Origin: Bdellovibrionota bacterium
GTDB lineage: Bacteria; Bdellovibrionota_C; UBA2361
DNA length: 37,703 nucleotides
Direction of reading: 5' to 3'
NCBI GenBank assembly: GCA_044352465.1
Contig: JBILDU010000016.1
Location: 1-37,703, forward strand
Shown: piece after piece, positions 1 through 9,926 of the stretch
Numbering within the stretch: position 1 is the first letter of the stretch
Layout: each line of letters opens with the position of its first letter
The notes under the pieces: model-generated
The model's database searches: none
What the model was told of the DNA's origin: nothing
What the model saw: only the letters and a program-made list of their open reading frames with translations
Program-made: the position numbers and the translations under genes

Positions 1-1473
1 GTGGGTCCCATAGGCCCCGCTTAACAGCTCCCCGCTATGGCCATCGGATTGAGCAAAAAACGACTCACTCCACCGCTGATGCCCCTCCGTCACCCACGCC
101 AAGAGCTCCGCCTCATCCGCGATCGTTGCAAGTTGATGTGGGACCGCCATGAGCACCTCAACCCATTGGCGTGCGGCACGGCTCTCCGGAGCAAAATCGA
201 GCGGTAGTCGCACCGGCGCGAAATCGCTCTTACGAGAACCGTACACGAAGGCGCGGCGGATGTGCTGTCGCGCCGTAAAGGTGAACTCGCGTCCGAACTC
301 GGGAATAGAGTGAACAAAAGCCCGCGCACACAGTTGGGGGAATCGGGAGCGACGAATCCACTTCCCCCCCTCTTTGGTATGAACCATGACCTTACCGCTC
401 TCCAGACCGAGCACGACGACAGCAACCTCATACGGACTAAGGCGGGCGAGATCGGCGCGCATCATTGGGGTCAATACACGATGGAGTGCGGCGCGGAGCG
501 CCTCGGCATAGGCAGCTCCATCGAAAGGCTCGGCGTGGTTGCCAATGAGATCGGGGGGGTCCTCGCTCACCGTAAGCTCGTCACCACCAGAGATACAACT
601 GCGATAAAAACGGTGTAGTTCGAGAGCGACGCCAAGGTTAAGCCGCGCCTGCTCTCCGAGGGGCGCTCCTTTGAAAACCCGTCGTAGGTTCTCCTCCTCC
701 TCGGTGTCAGCGACATACGCTGGGTCATCACCTCGCTTCATCACGATACCAGCAAGAGCGGCCGTCGTCTCATTCAATGCCCCGAAGCTCTCAAGACATC
801 GCCCCAACTCACTTGATTTAACGACTGCAGCGGTCTCACGCTCCGGGCAAGCGAGACCGGGGACCAGGAGATCCGGCGCACCGGAATCGGAAATTTTCGA
901 CAGGTCGACCCGCGCCCCGGAGTAGAAGAGTCGCCCATTCCCGGTGACCCCCAAAAGGTCATCGCCGGTGTGAACGCGGAGCCGAAAGAAGCTCCACAAC
1001 ATTACCCCACCAACGACGACAAGCCAGAGACGCCACGAGCTGACGAGGAGAAAAACGATGCGGAGCGCACCACCGTGTAGAGCAAAATAGGTGCGCGAAA
1101 AGACACTCGGCTCCGAGTCGTCACGGAACTGCGCACTGTACGACGCACCACTGCGTAAGAGAATCTTGGAGACATGGTCGAAAAACTCGACCTCGGCTCC
1201 AGTGCCATGGCGCTGGAGCCACCCGGCGTAACGCTCTTGAGACGCCACAAAGGGACCGGTCCAGGCAAGTTGGGTGGCAAGAAGCTCGCGGCGCACCCGC
1301 GTGATACTCTCCTCGCCCGCCTGATAAGTAGAGAGGGTCGACACCAGGAAGAGGAGCAGTCCCAGGAAAGCGGCGATGGCCACTCCGAAGCGGACCATCG
1401 TGGCACGGGAACGTTTGAGCTCAGCGAACTCTCGCTCGCTCTCATGCGAAATCGAATCCCCGAAAGATGCCAC
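1..1473 (-). CDS. Large membrane-anchored hypothetical protein (>=491 aa, 3'-partial), divergent from the tra cluster
   Basis: Manual translation: GTG at 1473 preceded by GAGG, open frame to base 1 (VASFGDSISHESEREFAELKRSRATMVRFGVAIAAFLGLLLFLVSTL...LRIVFLLVSSWRLWLVVVGGVMLWSFFRL...GAYGTH). 2-3 hydrophobic segments, then a soluble domain. Absent from the ORF track because no stop lies in the window. Confidence 0.85.
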   Translation of the reverse strand, partial: MASFGDSISHESEREFAELKRSRATMVRFGVAIAAFLGLLLFLVSTLSTYQAGEESITRVRRELLATQLAWTGPFVASQERYAGWLQRHGTGAEVEFFDHVSKILLRSGASYSAQFRDDSEPSVFSRTYFALHGGALRIVFLLVSSWRLWLVVVGGVMLWSFFRLRVHTGDDLLGVTGNGRLFYSGARVDLSKISDSGAPDLLVPGLACPERETAAVVKSSELGRCLESFGALNETTAALAGIVMKRGDDPAYVADTEEEENLRRVFKGAPLGEQARLNLGVALELHRFYRSCISGGDELTVSEDPPDLIGNHAEPFDGAAYAEALRAALHRVLTPMMRADLARLSPYEVAVVVLGLESGKVMVHTKEGGKWIRRSRFPQLCARAFVHSIPEFGREFTFTARQHIRRAFVYGSRKSDFAPVRLPLDFAPESRAARQWVEVLMAVPHQLATIADEAELLAWVTEGHQRWSESFFAQSDGHSGELLSGAYGTH

Positions 1474-1675
1474 CAAAACCTCTTCAAATGCAGTGCTACG
1501 CTATTATGGGCACGTTATCGATTATCGGAACATAACGGATTGAATCGCATAGATTTTCGCTCGCAACCGCGCCCCCGACGAAATCGATTTGAACCGCCCT
1601 GAGTAACCTCAATCGCAGCCATCACCATAACATAGGTGATCGGTCGGTGTGTTCGACCGGATATTTACTCATGGG

Positions 1676-2098
1676 ATGACTGCGATGCGAAGCTTTAACA
1701 TTCTGTTTTTAATGGCTTTTTCTTTTACCATGGGGCTCGGAACGGCCGCCCACGCCGATGAGCCTGGGGGCTCCCCTCTCGACGGCAACGGCCCCCGAGC
1801 AGCGCTGGCACCTGCCGAGCGACCCCTCGGAATTGAGGCCGCCAAGGGGGAACGGCTTGCTGCGGCGGTGGGGCATTACGCCCGCGCACGTTCGCTTATT
1901 TTAGCGGCAATACGTGAATTTGATTCAGGAAAAAAGCTTGCCACGCCGGATGTCCTCATCGACAGCGCCGAGTGGCGGAGCTCGCTCATCGACCGGGCGA
2001 CCGAGCTTGAGAAGGTACTCGATCCGCAGCCGCGAATTACGCAGGGTGGAGTGAGATTTCAACCTGATACCCGACTTTTAGGTGAAGCGAATCGCTAA
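1676..2098 (+). CDS. Secreted/periplasmic helical hypothetical protein, first gene of tra operon
   Basis: Signal peptide MRSFNILFLMAFSFTMGLGTAAHA; co-oriented with downstream tra genes; start could be 1676 or 1685. Confidence 0.75.
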   Translation: MTAMRSFNILFLMAFSFTMGLGTAAHADEPGGSPLDGNGPRAALAPAERPLGIEAAKGERLAAAVGHYARARSLILAAIREFDSGKKLATPDVLIDSAEWRSSLIDRATELEKVLDPQPRITQGGVRFQPDTRLLGEANR

Positions 2099-2151
2099 TT
2101 AACGCCGATGAGAGTTTGCAGACTTTCTGCCGGCTATTTGAAACCAACGGT

Positions 2152-2553
2152 ATGGACGACGGATACGTAATTCCAGGACTGAACGAGGACTATACCCTCG
2201 CCGGAGCCAAAATCATGGAATGGCTGTCGGGCTGCACCATGGCGTTGGTGCTCCAAGAGTTGTTGTTTACCAACACGGCTCGGTCGATGCCGCTCATCAT
2301 CGCGATCGTTCTCATCACCACTTTCAGTATGGCGACTGCGCGGCGGAAGTTTCCCGATGAAGAACGGGGTCTTCGGAACGTCGTCATGCTCGCTATTGGT
2401 GTCCCGCCCCCCGGCATCCCTACACCGGCACCGCTCCAACCGTATTGGAGCGGTGGACCGGTGCGCGAATTCCCTGAAGCATCGTATTTCACGCAACTCA
2501 ATCTGGGCGAGCTCTTCACTGAAGAGGCCCGCGCGGAGCGAACGACGTCATGA
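2152..2553 (+). CDS. traL: TraL/VirB3-like inner-membrane protein
   Basis: N-terminal YVIPGLNEDY resembles the TraL 'YxIPxxLD' start; two TM segments; directly upstream of traE-traK-traB-traV order. Confidence 0.6.
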   Translation: MDDGYVIPGLNEDYTLAGAKIMEWLSGCTMALVLQELLFTNTARSMPLIIAIVLITTFSMATARRKFPDEERGLRNVVMLAIGVPPPGIPTPAPLQPYWSGGPVREFPEASYFTQLNLGELFTEEARAERTTS

Positions 2554-2593
2554 GGCAGGGACAGAGGCAAAAGAGGCGGTTGAGGTAACACTT

Positions 2594-3247
2594 ATGGGCA
2601 AGGCGCAAAAACTTCTCAAAGAAGCGAACGTCATCGATGCTCGCAAAGAAAGCGACACCCTCCGGTTGTGGGAAAACTACCGCGATCAAGCGATGCTCTG
2701 GCGCGCCCTCGCGATCATTCAGATCCCCACCACCGCCATTATCGCACTTCTATGCTTCACGCTGTACGCGAACCGTAAAATCGAGCTCAAAGTTCCGGCC
2801 AAGCCGCTCCCGGGTGTCTACGCCGCTCAAGAGATTCCCGACAGCGAGTTTACCGACGTCGCCACTAACTTTATCAACCTCATTGCCACCTACCAGCCTG
2901 CGGTGGCACGGCGTCAATTCACTCATGCACGCCAGATTCTTCAAGAGCCGATGCTCGAGCGATTTAACCGCGAAATGATGGTTACCGAGCTGAAGACTAT
3001 CGAGAGTACCAGTCGCACCCAGATCTTCTTCGTCGATCCGACCAAAACCCGGATCTTCCGCCAGGGCACCTCGGTCGAGATTACCCTCACCGGTGAGCGG
3101 ATGAAGATGATCGCCGGGCGTCAACTGCCCGCGGTCACCACCACGTTCAGTATCGCTATGACGACGATTCCGCGGAACGAACTGAACCCATATGGAATAG
3201 TCATTAACAACGTCGCCTTCGATAATATCGATGCGAACGGAGAATAG
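2594..3247 (+). CDS. traE: TraE-like (VirB8-fold) conjugal transfer protein
   Basis: ATG after GAGGT; one TM helix then periplasmic domain with FINLIATYQP and C-terminal NPYGIVI (VirB8-type NPxG motif); synteny. Confidence 0.75.
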   Translation: MGKAQKLLKEANVIDARKESDTLRLWENYRDQAMLWRALAIIQIPTTAIIALLCFTLYANRKIELKVPAKPLPGVYAAQEIPDSEFTDVATNFINLIATYQPAVARRQFTHARQILQEPMLERFNREMMVTELKTIESTSRTQIFFVDPTKTRIFRQGTSVEITLTGERMKMIAGRQLPAVTTTFSIAMTTIPRNELNPYGIVINNVAFDNIDANGE

Positions 3248-3277
3248 TTACACAGACGGAGCATTACGAGAGGACAT

Positions 3278-4078
3278 ATGAACCGCTTCATGAGAAAGAG
3301 CTTAAAGTTGTTCGCCGTAGCGTTGCTCTGCGGCACCCCGTGGTCGGCGTTTGCTCGCGACGTCCAGTACGAGAACTCCGAAATCCCGGTCTACGTCAGA
3401 CCCGGCGAACCCACGCAGATACTCTTCCCCGGCGATGTCGCCGGCGGAGTCAAACGCAGCCGGTCAGCTCTCTCGCTCGAACACAAAGATACTCAGCTCG
3501 TTATCTTCGCGAGTGAGGCGATAGCGGAAAACGGCGAGGCGATCATCGTCCGACTCCGTGACGGCCGCTCGTATTCGGTGCGGGTGAACAAAGCGGTTGG
3601 CGACGCCAAACGTGATGACGTCGTCCGAATTGAGGACGGGCGTGGCGCGATTATCGCCGATGCGAGTGAGGAGCCAGGATATAAGGAAAAGCGCTTCGAC
3701 TATGCTCCACCAACTCAGGTCAGTGGCCTGATGCGCGAAATGGTTCTCGCCGCGGAATTCGGCAAAAAATCGATCTCGGGCTACCGGATGAGCGAGCAGT
3801 ATAGGGGTGAGACCGTCCTGAACGATGGAACGCTCGAAGCAAAAATCGATAAGATCTTCATCGGACCGAACCTGTGGGGCTACGTCATCGACACGACTAA
3901 TCTGCTCGATCAGAGTCAGCGCATCAATGCGGCGTCGTTTCGTCTCGACGGAACGCGCGCGGTATCGGCCCAGCACTGGGAGCTGGCTGCGCGTCCGATG
4001 AATATCGAACAACAGATATCAGGAAAACACACCGGTAAAGTGTACGTCGTGACGCGCGCCAAGAAAGGTGCCAATTAA
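3278..4078 (+). CDS. traK: TraK-like (VirB9-type) outer-membrane core complex protein
   Basis: GAGGA RBS, signal peptide, beta-rich PGEPTQILFP...GRSYSVRV, C-terminal GKVYVVTR; lies between traE and traB. Confidence 0.75.
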   Translation: MNRFMRKSLKLFAVALLCGTPWSAFARDVQYENSEIPVYVRPGEPTQILFPGDVAGGVKRSRSALSLEHKDTQLVIFASEAIAENGEAIIVRLRDGRSYSVRVNKAVGDAKRDDVVRIEDGRGAIIADASEEPGYKEKRFDYAPPTQVSGLMREMVLAAEFGKKSISGYRMSEQYRGETVLNDGTLEAKIDKIFIGPNLWGYVIDTTNLLDQSQRINAASFRLDGTRAVSAQHWELAARPMNIEQQISGKHTGKVYVVTRAKKGAN

Positions 4079-4088
4079 GGGACGAAGT

Positions 4089-5276
4089 ATGAAGCAGAAA
4101 ATTCAAGACCTGATCCTGCTCCTGAAGAACGATAACCGGGCCAAGTTTGGCGCCGTCGGCATCGTACTTGCGGCGGTGTTCCTGCTGCAATCACCGGAGC
4201 CACGCCGTCGCCCCACCCCCCGCATGAACCAACAGATGGATACGATTGGGGATGCCGGGATGATGTCGCGCGACGAAGCGTACAACGACATCGTGCAACG
4301 ATTCTCAATGGATGTCGAGCAGATCAAGACCCAAACTCAACAGAACTCTGTGGAGATCAAAGAGGTCGTCAAGAACATGGCCGACAACGAGCAGCGTACC
4401 GCCGAGATCTTCAAAAAGATCCTGGAGCGCATGACGGAGAATCAGGCCGCTGCTGGCACAATCACTGCGGGCGGTGCGGTCGCGATGGATGTCAATCCAG
4501 TGGACGTCGGCGAGGCACCAGGCGCTATGACCGAGAGCCTCGCCACGAGTGAGGATTTCGCTCAGTTTGGTGATACTCAAGCGCCGGCCGTGGCACCACC
4601 ACCGCCGCCGCTCCCGTCCAAAGTGGCCTTCATCGGCGCGGGAGACTCGGTGCGAATCAAGCTCCTCGCTGGCGTCAATGCACCGACGGACGGAACCCCG
4701 TACCCGGTGGTTTTCAAACTCATTAGCGACGTCTACGGGCCAGATGGATCAGCTCTACCGCTCGGTGAGGCGCGACTGATCGCCGCTGCCCAAGGTTCAC
4801 TGACCGACTCCCGCGCGCTCTTCCGGATCACGACGCTCAATATCCGCTTGCCCGATGGACGCCGCAAGGTCTATCCGGTCGACGGCTGGATCGTCGGCGA
4901 GGACGGATTACGGGGGATGGAGGGCATTCTCCTTGACCCGATGGGTAAGGCGATCGCTGCAACCGGTATGGTCGCCGGGATCGGAGCGGTCGGCGAAGCC
5001 TTCGCCCAAGGAGAGACGAACACGAGCACCGGTGTTTTGGGGGATCAAAATACCGTGATCAACGGAGATCCATTCGTATTCGCTGGCGGCAAAGCGGTCG
5101 GTGGATTCGCCAAGGGCTGGAGCAAGATACTGGAGAAGCGGGTCGAGCAACTCGTGCCCCACGTCCAGGTGCTCTCGGGGCGTGAGGCCACCGCGGTCTT
5201 TGCCAAGTCGTTACCGGTCCACGACCTCCTCAACGCTCTTGATGAAGACGATGGCGGGATGAGCTCGCTTAACTAG
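4089..5276 (+). CDS. traB: TraB/VirB10-like core complex protein
   Basis: N-terminal TM, coiled coil, Pro-rich linker PPPPPLP, then LLAGVNAP...PVVF...GWIVGEDGLRGMEG and VPHVQVLSGREATAVF, typical of the TraB/TrbI domain. Confidence 0.9.
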   Translation: MKQKIQDLILLLKNDNRAKFGAVGIVLAAVFLLQSPEPRRRPTPRMNQQMDTIGDAGMMSRDEAYNDIVQRFSMDVEQIKTQTQQNSVEIKEVVKNMADNEQRTAEIFKKILERMTENQAAAGTITAGGAVAMDVNPVDVGEAPGAMTESLATSEDFAQFGDTQAPAVAPPPPPLPSKVAFIGAGDSVRIKLLAGVNAPTDGTPYPVVFKLISDVYGPDGSALPLGEARLIAAAQGSLTDSRALFRITTLNIRLPDGRRKVYPVDGWIVGEDGLRGMEGILLDPMGKAIAATGMVAGIGAVGEAFAQGETNTSTGVLGDQNTVINGDPFVFAGGKAVGGFAKGWSKILEKRVEQLVPHVQVLSGREATAVFAKSLPVHDLLNALDEDDGGMSSLN

Positions 5277-5302
5277 GGGATTCAGTTTTACGGAGTGATG
5301 AT

Positions 5303-5773
5303 ATGAAACGCGTAACGATTCACTTACCCGCCCGCGTGATGCTCGCCGCAGCGCTTCTGAGCCTGACCGCTTGCAGCGCCGCGAGCAACGTCTTGAACCC
5401 CTTCTACGAGCCCCCCGCTCCGGTAGCGCTCCTGGGAGAGAAGAACGACCACGCGCTCAATCAGGGGGGTACAAACCAGGAATCGGCCCGCGCGGCTCTC
5501 AACGCCATGACGACGTACCGACGGGCGCAGGACCCCGAGCCGACAAACCCGGTCATCCAACCGGCGGTTGTTCGGCTCATGTGGGTTCCCGATCATCTGA
5601 ACAAGAGCGGTGACCTTGTCCCGGCGCACTACTACTACTTAAAGGTGCTCCGCGATCGTTGGGCGGTCACCGATGCGTTCGAGCTCGAAGGTCAACTCAA
5701 CGGCCCCAATAAGGGCTCGAATCTTCCCTTCGTCTTCGGCGACGAGGCGGGGAAAGAGATGAGAGGCAATTAA
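5303..5773 (+). CDS. traV: TraV lipoprotein
   Basis: Lipobox LTAC; VVRLMWVPDHLNKSGDLVPAHYYYLKVLRDRW matches the TraV 'RxWxxP..GDL...Y....W' motif; follows traB. Confidence 0.85.
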   Translation: MKRVTIHLPARVMLAAALLSLTACSAASNVLNPFYEPPAPVALLGEKNDHALNQGGTNQESARAALNAMTTYRRAQDPEPTNPVIQPAVVRLMWVPDHLNKSGDLVPAHYYYLKVLRDRWAVTDAFELEGQLNGPNKGSNLPFVFGDEAGKEMRGN

Positions 5774-5792
5774 GGCGAGGCGTTGGTAGCGG

Positions 5793-6284
5793 ATGGAGAC
5801 TCGTATGAACGGCCTTCGACTGAGCATCTTCGGTATGATCGGCGTCCTCCTTGGGGCGTGCTCGACCACCGATGTCCCGCAATGGAAGCCGCACAAAGAG
5901 ACCCGCACCTACAGCGTGGCTCCGCGACAACTCCCCCCTGAGCCGACCTACAGTCGACTCCGCTGGGTACGCCCCCCCGAGGTCCTTCCCCATGCGCCGC
6001 GCGGTGGAGACGAAGCTCCGGCGATCGTGCCGGTGATGCATCTGGAGCTTAAGGATACAACCCTTGAGGAGGCCGCCCGCATTTTAGCGTCAGCTGCACA
6101 GTACTCCAGCTACTGCTCGAGCCTCATCGCGAAACAGACGTTGACGCTCAGTCGGCTCGGCACCATTGATGAACTCGGCAGTGAGGTCGAGAAGGCGGCG
6201 CAGATTCGAGTGATTATCGATCACGCTGGTCGACAGGTGAAGTTTTTAGCAAACCATGCGCCTGCGGCGCCGCGTTTGTACTAG
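5793..6284 (+). CDS. Lipoprotein with N0/STN-like (DotD-like) domain
   Basis: Lipobox LLGAC; LELKDTTLEEAARILASAAQY...LTLSRLGTIDELGSEV pattern resembles secretin N0/STN/DotD domains. Start may be the second Met. Confidence 0.6.
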   Translation: METRMNGLRLSIFGMIGVLLGACSTTDVPQWKPHKETRTYSVAPRQLPPEPTYSRLRWVRPPEVLPHAPRGGDEAPAIVPVMHLELKDTTLEEAARILASAAQYSSYCSSLIAKQTLTLSRLGTIDELGSEVEKAAQIRVIIDHAGRQVKFLANHAPAAPRLY

Positions 6285-6347
6285 GTTTTTAATGATCGGG
6301 GCCCGGGGGCACCTGATGAGCGAAAGGTTTTGGATGAGGGGTCAGCT

Positions 6348-9095
6348 ATGAGTATCAACCGAATTACACGCGAGCGGTTGTTTCAAGACGAGAAGCTCTT
6401 TAACTCGCTCTTGCCGTACGCGAAGTACGATGATGATCACAAACTCTTCGTGCACTCCGATGCGTCGTTGTGGTCGATCTGGGATCTCCAACCTCTGTGG
6501 CTCACGAAGACCTCTGACTCGGAAGCCTTCCAGATCTGCGCGAGCATTCAGGAGATGCTCGATGCCCTCGACCACACTATCTCAGCGCAGTTTGTTTGGA
6601 TAACGACGTTCGATGTCGACGACCTCATTTCGGACTCTCTCACCAAATATCCGACCTCTGGTCCGGCGGGCTGGATGGCTCGACGATGGCTCCGCGGATT
6701 GAAGCAAACCTCGCAGAGCGCATCGTATCACCGGCGTCCACGCAAACTCCGCCTCCTCGTGGCATTCCGCTACGATCCGCCGTGGAAGGCGACGGGCATC
6801 ATGCAGCAGATCTCGCGCTCAATCTCGATTTTATTGTCGGGCAAGGTCGGGGTCACCGCGACGCAACGTCGCGCGGAGTATAATACGTACGCTAATAAAT
6901 TTAAGGGTATTATCGACGGAACCTCCGCCAAACTCGGCGACCTCGGATTTCGTCCCCACCGCGTGGATGGGCAGGAGCTCATCAATGTTCTCTATCCCCT
7001 CCTCAATCGCCGCAGCATCAAGTCGGGGAAATTTAAGCGCGGACGCCATTCGGCGATCCCCGTTCCGGTGTACGATCCGGACGATATCTTAGCGAATCAG
7101 ATTTCGGAAACTCCAGCCGAGCACCCGAAGAACGGGATTATCAAGAAAGATGGCCGCGTTTTCCGCTCGGTCTCGATGGTGAAACCACCGAAAAACTGCC
7201 TCCCGCTGATGGTCTCGCCGCTCCAATCGGCGGCCTATGAGAATATCCTCAGCGTCACCTTCTCAAAGGACACCTCGGAAAAACAACTAAAGCGGCTCGA
7301 CGCCCTCGACAACTCGCTCGGCTTCCGCGAGCGCAATCCTATGGGTCGGGGCAATCAAAAGGTTCAACACCAGGTGGCTGCCGTCCGAGCGGCTCGCTCA
7401 GAGCTGTATAACGGCACCGCGCAGATCGTTCGGGTCGGGGTGCATCAGACTTTTATCTGTCAGACCGAGGATGAAGCAGTTCGCGCTGCGGCCGAAGCGG
7501 TTGCAACGTTTCCGCAACTCAACGGCGCGCGCGGCATGGTCCACGAGATCTCGGACATGGCGGTAGCGATCAATTCGCTCCCCGGGTGTTACGACCCCTC
7601 AACCGATGGATCCGGCTGGACGAACGTGCTCAAGTCATCGCTCGGCGTGCGGCTCTTTCCCTTGTGGGGTAATTGGCGCGGAAGCTCAGGCTCGCAGATA
7701 GTACTCCCGAGCCTGTGGAACCGTGAACTGATCGGTTTTGACCTGTACGACTCAAACGTCGCACCGAACGTGCTTATTAGCGGTGTCTCCGGTGCCGGTA
7801 AGAGCTACCTTCTCTGCTTCCTGCTGATCACGATGAATCGCGGCCACTACGCCACCCTCTCAAACGGACAGGTCATTGAGCGGCAACCGATTACCTTCGT
7901 CTTCGACAAAGGTATGACCGGCCAACCGTGCGGTTTCGAGAAGGTCGCTAAGCTCTTCGGTGGGCGTATCTACGAGGCGACCCCGTCACGAGCACCGGCG
8001 ATGAACTTCCTCGCTCGGTTGGGCGAGACTCCACCTGATCCGATGAACGATGACTATAAAGATCTCATCGATATGTCGGCCGATATCGTCTGTGATATGG
8101 CGACCGATGCTCACCGCGCCCCCGATCGCCTCGAGCGCTCGGCGGTGGTCGACTCGATCGTCGAGGCCCATCGGGTTTATCGCAGTGGGCCGATGCGCCG
8201 GGAGTTGATCTTGAGCGATATCGTCTCAGTGCTCCGCGCACCGAAGCGAATCGATGAGAATCAAGATGCGGCGGGCCGTCGGCAGCGCGTCGCGCTCCTC
8301 ATCGGTGATTACTACGGCGATGGAACGTACGCCCGCTTCTTCGATCGACCGGGCTCCTTAAAGCTTAAAGAGCGCTTCATCGTATTCGACTTGAAAGCCC
8401 TGAGCCGTAACCCCGACCTCCAACGGGTGTTCCTCAAGGTGGCGATGCTGTGGGCCGACACGGTCATGAACGACCCGGCGGAGCTCGATACCCGCAAGAT
8501 TCTCGTGTTCGACGAAGCGCACGATCTTATCGGCAAGACCGCAGCGAATACGATCGAGACGGCTTTCCGTCTCTACCGGAAACGTAAAGGTATCGTCATC
8601 GCGGCATCCCAGTCAGGTGAGGACTTTTATGTCGGCTCGGGAGGACAGGCGATCGTCCAAAACAGCGCCCATAAGATCTTCCTGCGCCAAGATCCGAGTA
8701 AGTTCCACTACACGGCGCAAGCGTTCAACTTGACACCGCAGCAAGCGGACGTCATTTTGCGGCTCCGCACCGTCAAAGGGATCGAGTCGCAATTTTACAT
8801 CCTCTCGGATATCGGTGAAGGGGCGCTTGTACTCCCGCTTGAACCAGCTTTCTACTGGGCGAGTACGAACAACGGTGACGACAACCAACTGTTCTCCGAT
8901 GTCCTCGCTCAGACGAACAACGACTTCTGGGCCGCGCTTGAGCGGGTGGTCCGAATCGCCCCGAACGGTGCGAAATCGCTCCAGCAGGCGGTGGCCCGAG
9001 CAAGCGAAATCGGAGCCACGAGCAGCCCCGAGGCGGGAGTCTCTAACATCGTTATGAACCTCATGACCGGTGCCGCCGGGACAGGAGAAAATTAA
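6348..9095 (+). CDS. traC: TraC/VirB4 type IV secretion ATPase
   Basis: ~915 aa; NVLISGVSGAGKS Walker A, FVFDKG, FIVFDL, ILVFDEAH Walker B, RLYRKRKG..IAASQS; position after traV. Confidence 0.93.
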   Translation: MSINRITRERLFQDEKLFNSLLPYAKYDDDHKLFVHSDASLWSIWDLQPLWLTKTSDSEAFQICASIQEMLDALDHTISAQFVWITTFDVDDLISDSLTKYPTSGPAGWMARRWLRGLKQTSQSASYHRRPRKLRLLVAFRYDPPWKATGIMQQISRSISILLSGKVGVTATQRRAEYNTYANKFKGIIDGTSAKLGDLGFRPHRVDGQELINVLYPLLNRRSIKSGKFKRGRHSAIPVPVYDPDDILANQISETPAEHPKNGIIKKDGRVFRSVSMVKPPKNCLPLMVSPLQSAAYENILSVTFSKDTSEKQLKRLDALDNSLGFRERNPMGRGNQKVQHQVAAVRAARSELYNGTAQIVRVGVHQTFICQTEDEAVRAAAEAVATFPQLNGARGMVHEISDMAVAINSLPGCYDPSTDGSGWTNVLKSSLGVRLFPLWGNWRGSSGSQIVLPSLWNRELIGFDLYDSNVAPNVLISGVSGAGKSYLLCFLLITMNRGHYATLSNGQVIERQPITFVFDKGMTGQPCGFEKVAKLFGGRIYEATPSRAPAMNFLARLGETPPDPMNDDYKDLIDMSADIVCDMATDAHRAPDRLERSAVVDSIVEAHRVYRSGPMRRELILSDIVSVLRAPKRIDENQDAAGRRQRVALLIGDYYGDGTYARFFDRPGSLKLKERFIVFDLKALSRNPDLQRVFLKVAMLWADTVMNDPAELDTRKILVFDEAHDLIGKTAANTIETAFRLYRKRKGIVIAASQSGEDFYVGSGGQAIVQNSAHKIFLRQDPSKFHYTAQAFNLTPQQADVILRLRTVKGIESQFYILSDIGEGALVLPLEPAFYWASTNNGDDNQLFSDVLAQTNNDFWAALERVVRIAPNGAKSLQQAVARASEIGATSSPEAGVSNIVMNLMTGAAGTGEN

Positions 9096-9119
9096 GATCG
9101 AGCTTTAAAGGAGTGTACC

Positions 9120-9413
9120 ATGAAAACGAGAGTATCGACCGGCCTGTGGGTGGTCTTGAGCGCGGTGAGTTTGGTAGGATTGACGGGGTGTGCGACCCGA
9201 ACGGTCGTGCGCACCGAAACCGTTGAAGTTCCCTCCGATCGAAGCTACGCCCGGGCGATCCCTGGTGCGGTGGAATATGTTTGGGAGGAGCCGATGGTAG
9301 ATGTCGTCGAAGTTCCCCCGGGGCTCGATCCAGAGGGACACTACTACCGCCCCGCGCACCAACAGGTGCAGGAGATCCGCCAGGGGCGTTGGAAGTACTA
9401 CGGCGAACGTTAA
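9120..9413 (+). CDS. Small lipoprotein with TraV-like C-terminal motif
   Basis: AAGGAG RBS; lipobox LTGC; VEVPPGLDPEGHYYRPAHQQVQEIRQGRW. Confidence 0.8.
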   Translation: MKTRVSTGLWVVLSAVSLVGLTGCATRTVVRTETVEVPSDRSYARAIPGAVEYVWEEPMVDVVEVPPGLDPEGHYYRPAHQQVQEIRQGRWKYYGER

Positions 9414-9462
9414 TTCGCTGGGGCGCGCGCTCGCATGAGCGTACCCCTCGCTGAGGTGATAT

Positions 9463-9912
9463 ATGGGCTTGAATCTCAAAGCGCTGGCTGCACCGTTCAC
9501 GAACCGGGTGCATCTCGTCACGATTGTGTTGAGTGGGATGTTGTTCGGTGCTTTCCGCCTCTCCGGTGGCGAGTTCACGATCAAGACTCGTGACTCGATC
9601 GGAGAGCGTAGCTCCACATCGGCACCGAGCGCTCGAGCCACTTCGGGACGTCGTCCTACCGCTGCTGAGGAGCGAGGGAGTCAGCTCGATGGGTTGCTCG
9701 CGAAATCTCCGCGCATCGAATATGGGAACGGCGAACCGGCCAACCGCGTCCCCACGACGGTCAGGCCTCCAAGTAGGCTCACCGACCAATCGTCAAACAT
9801 CGACGAGCTCGTCGATGTTGGCCGCGAGTCGGCACCCCGCCCAGCCGCCCCGCGCTCTCGAGATAACGGGAGCGGACTGAACGACATCGAGAAGCAACTC
9901 GGCCTACGCTAA
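9463..9912 (+). CDS. Membrane-anchored, largely low-complexity hypothetical protein
   Basis: GAGGTG RBS; N-terminal TM; Ser/Arg/Pro-rich body; C-terminal helix LNDIEKQLGLR. Confidence 0.75.
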   Translation: MGLNLKALAAPFTNRVHLVTIVLSGMLFGAFRLSGGEFTIKTRDSIGERSSTSAPSARATSGRRPTAAEERGSQLDGLLAKSPRIEYGNGEPANRVPTTVRPPSRLTDQSSNIDELVDVGRESAPRPAAPRSRDNGSGLNDIEKQLGLR

Positions 9913-9926
9913 AAAAGGAACATGCT

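Noticed and set aside
90..1602. Track ORFs 90..431, 262..618, 671..925, 774..962, 1002..1487, 1174..1602
   Set aside because: Shadows of the long minus-strand frame 1473..<1, which has an RBS and protein-like composition.
9061..9789. Minus-strand ORFs of 242 aa and 178 aa
   Set aside because: Antisense to RBS-bearing plus-strand genes in the operon; Arg/Pro/Ser-rich shadow composition.
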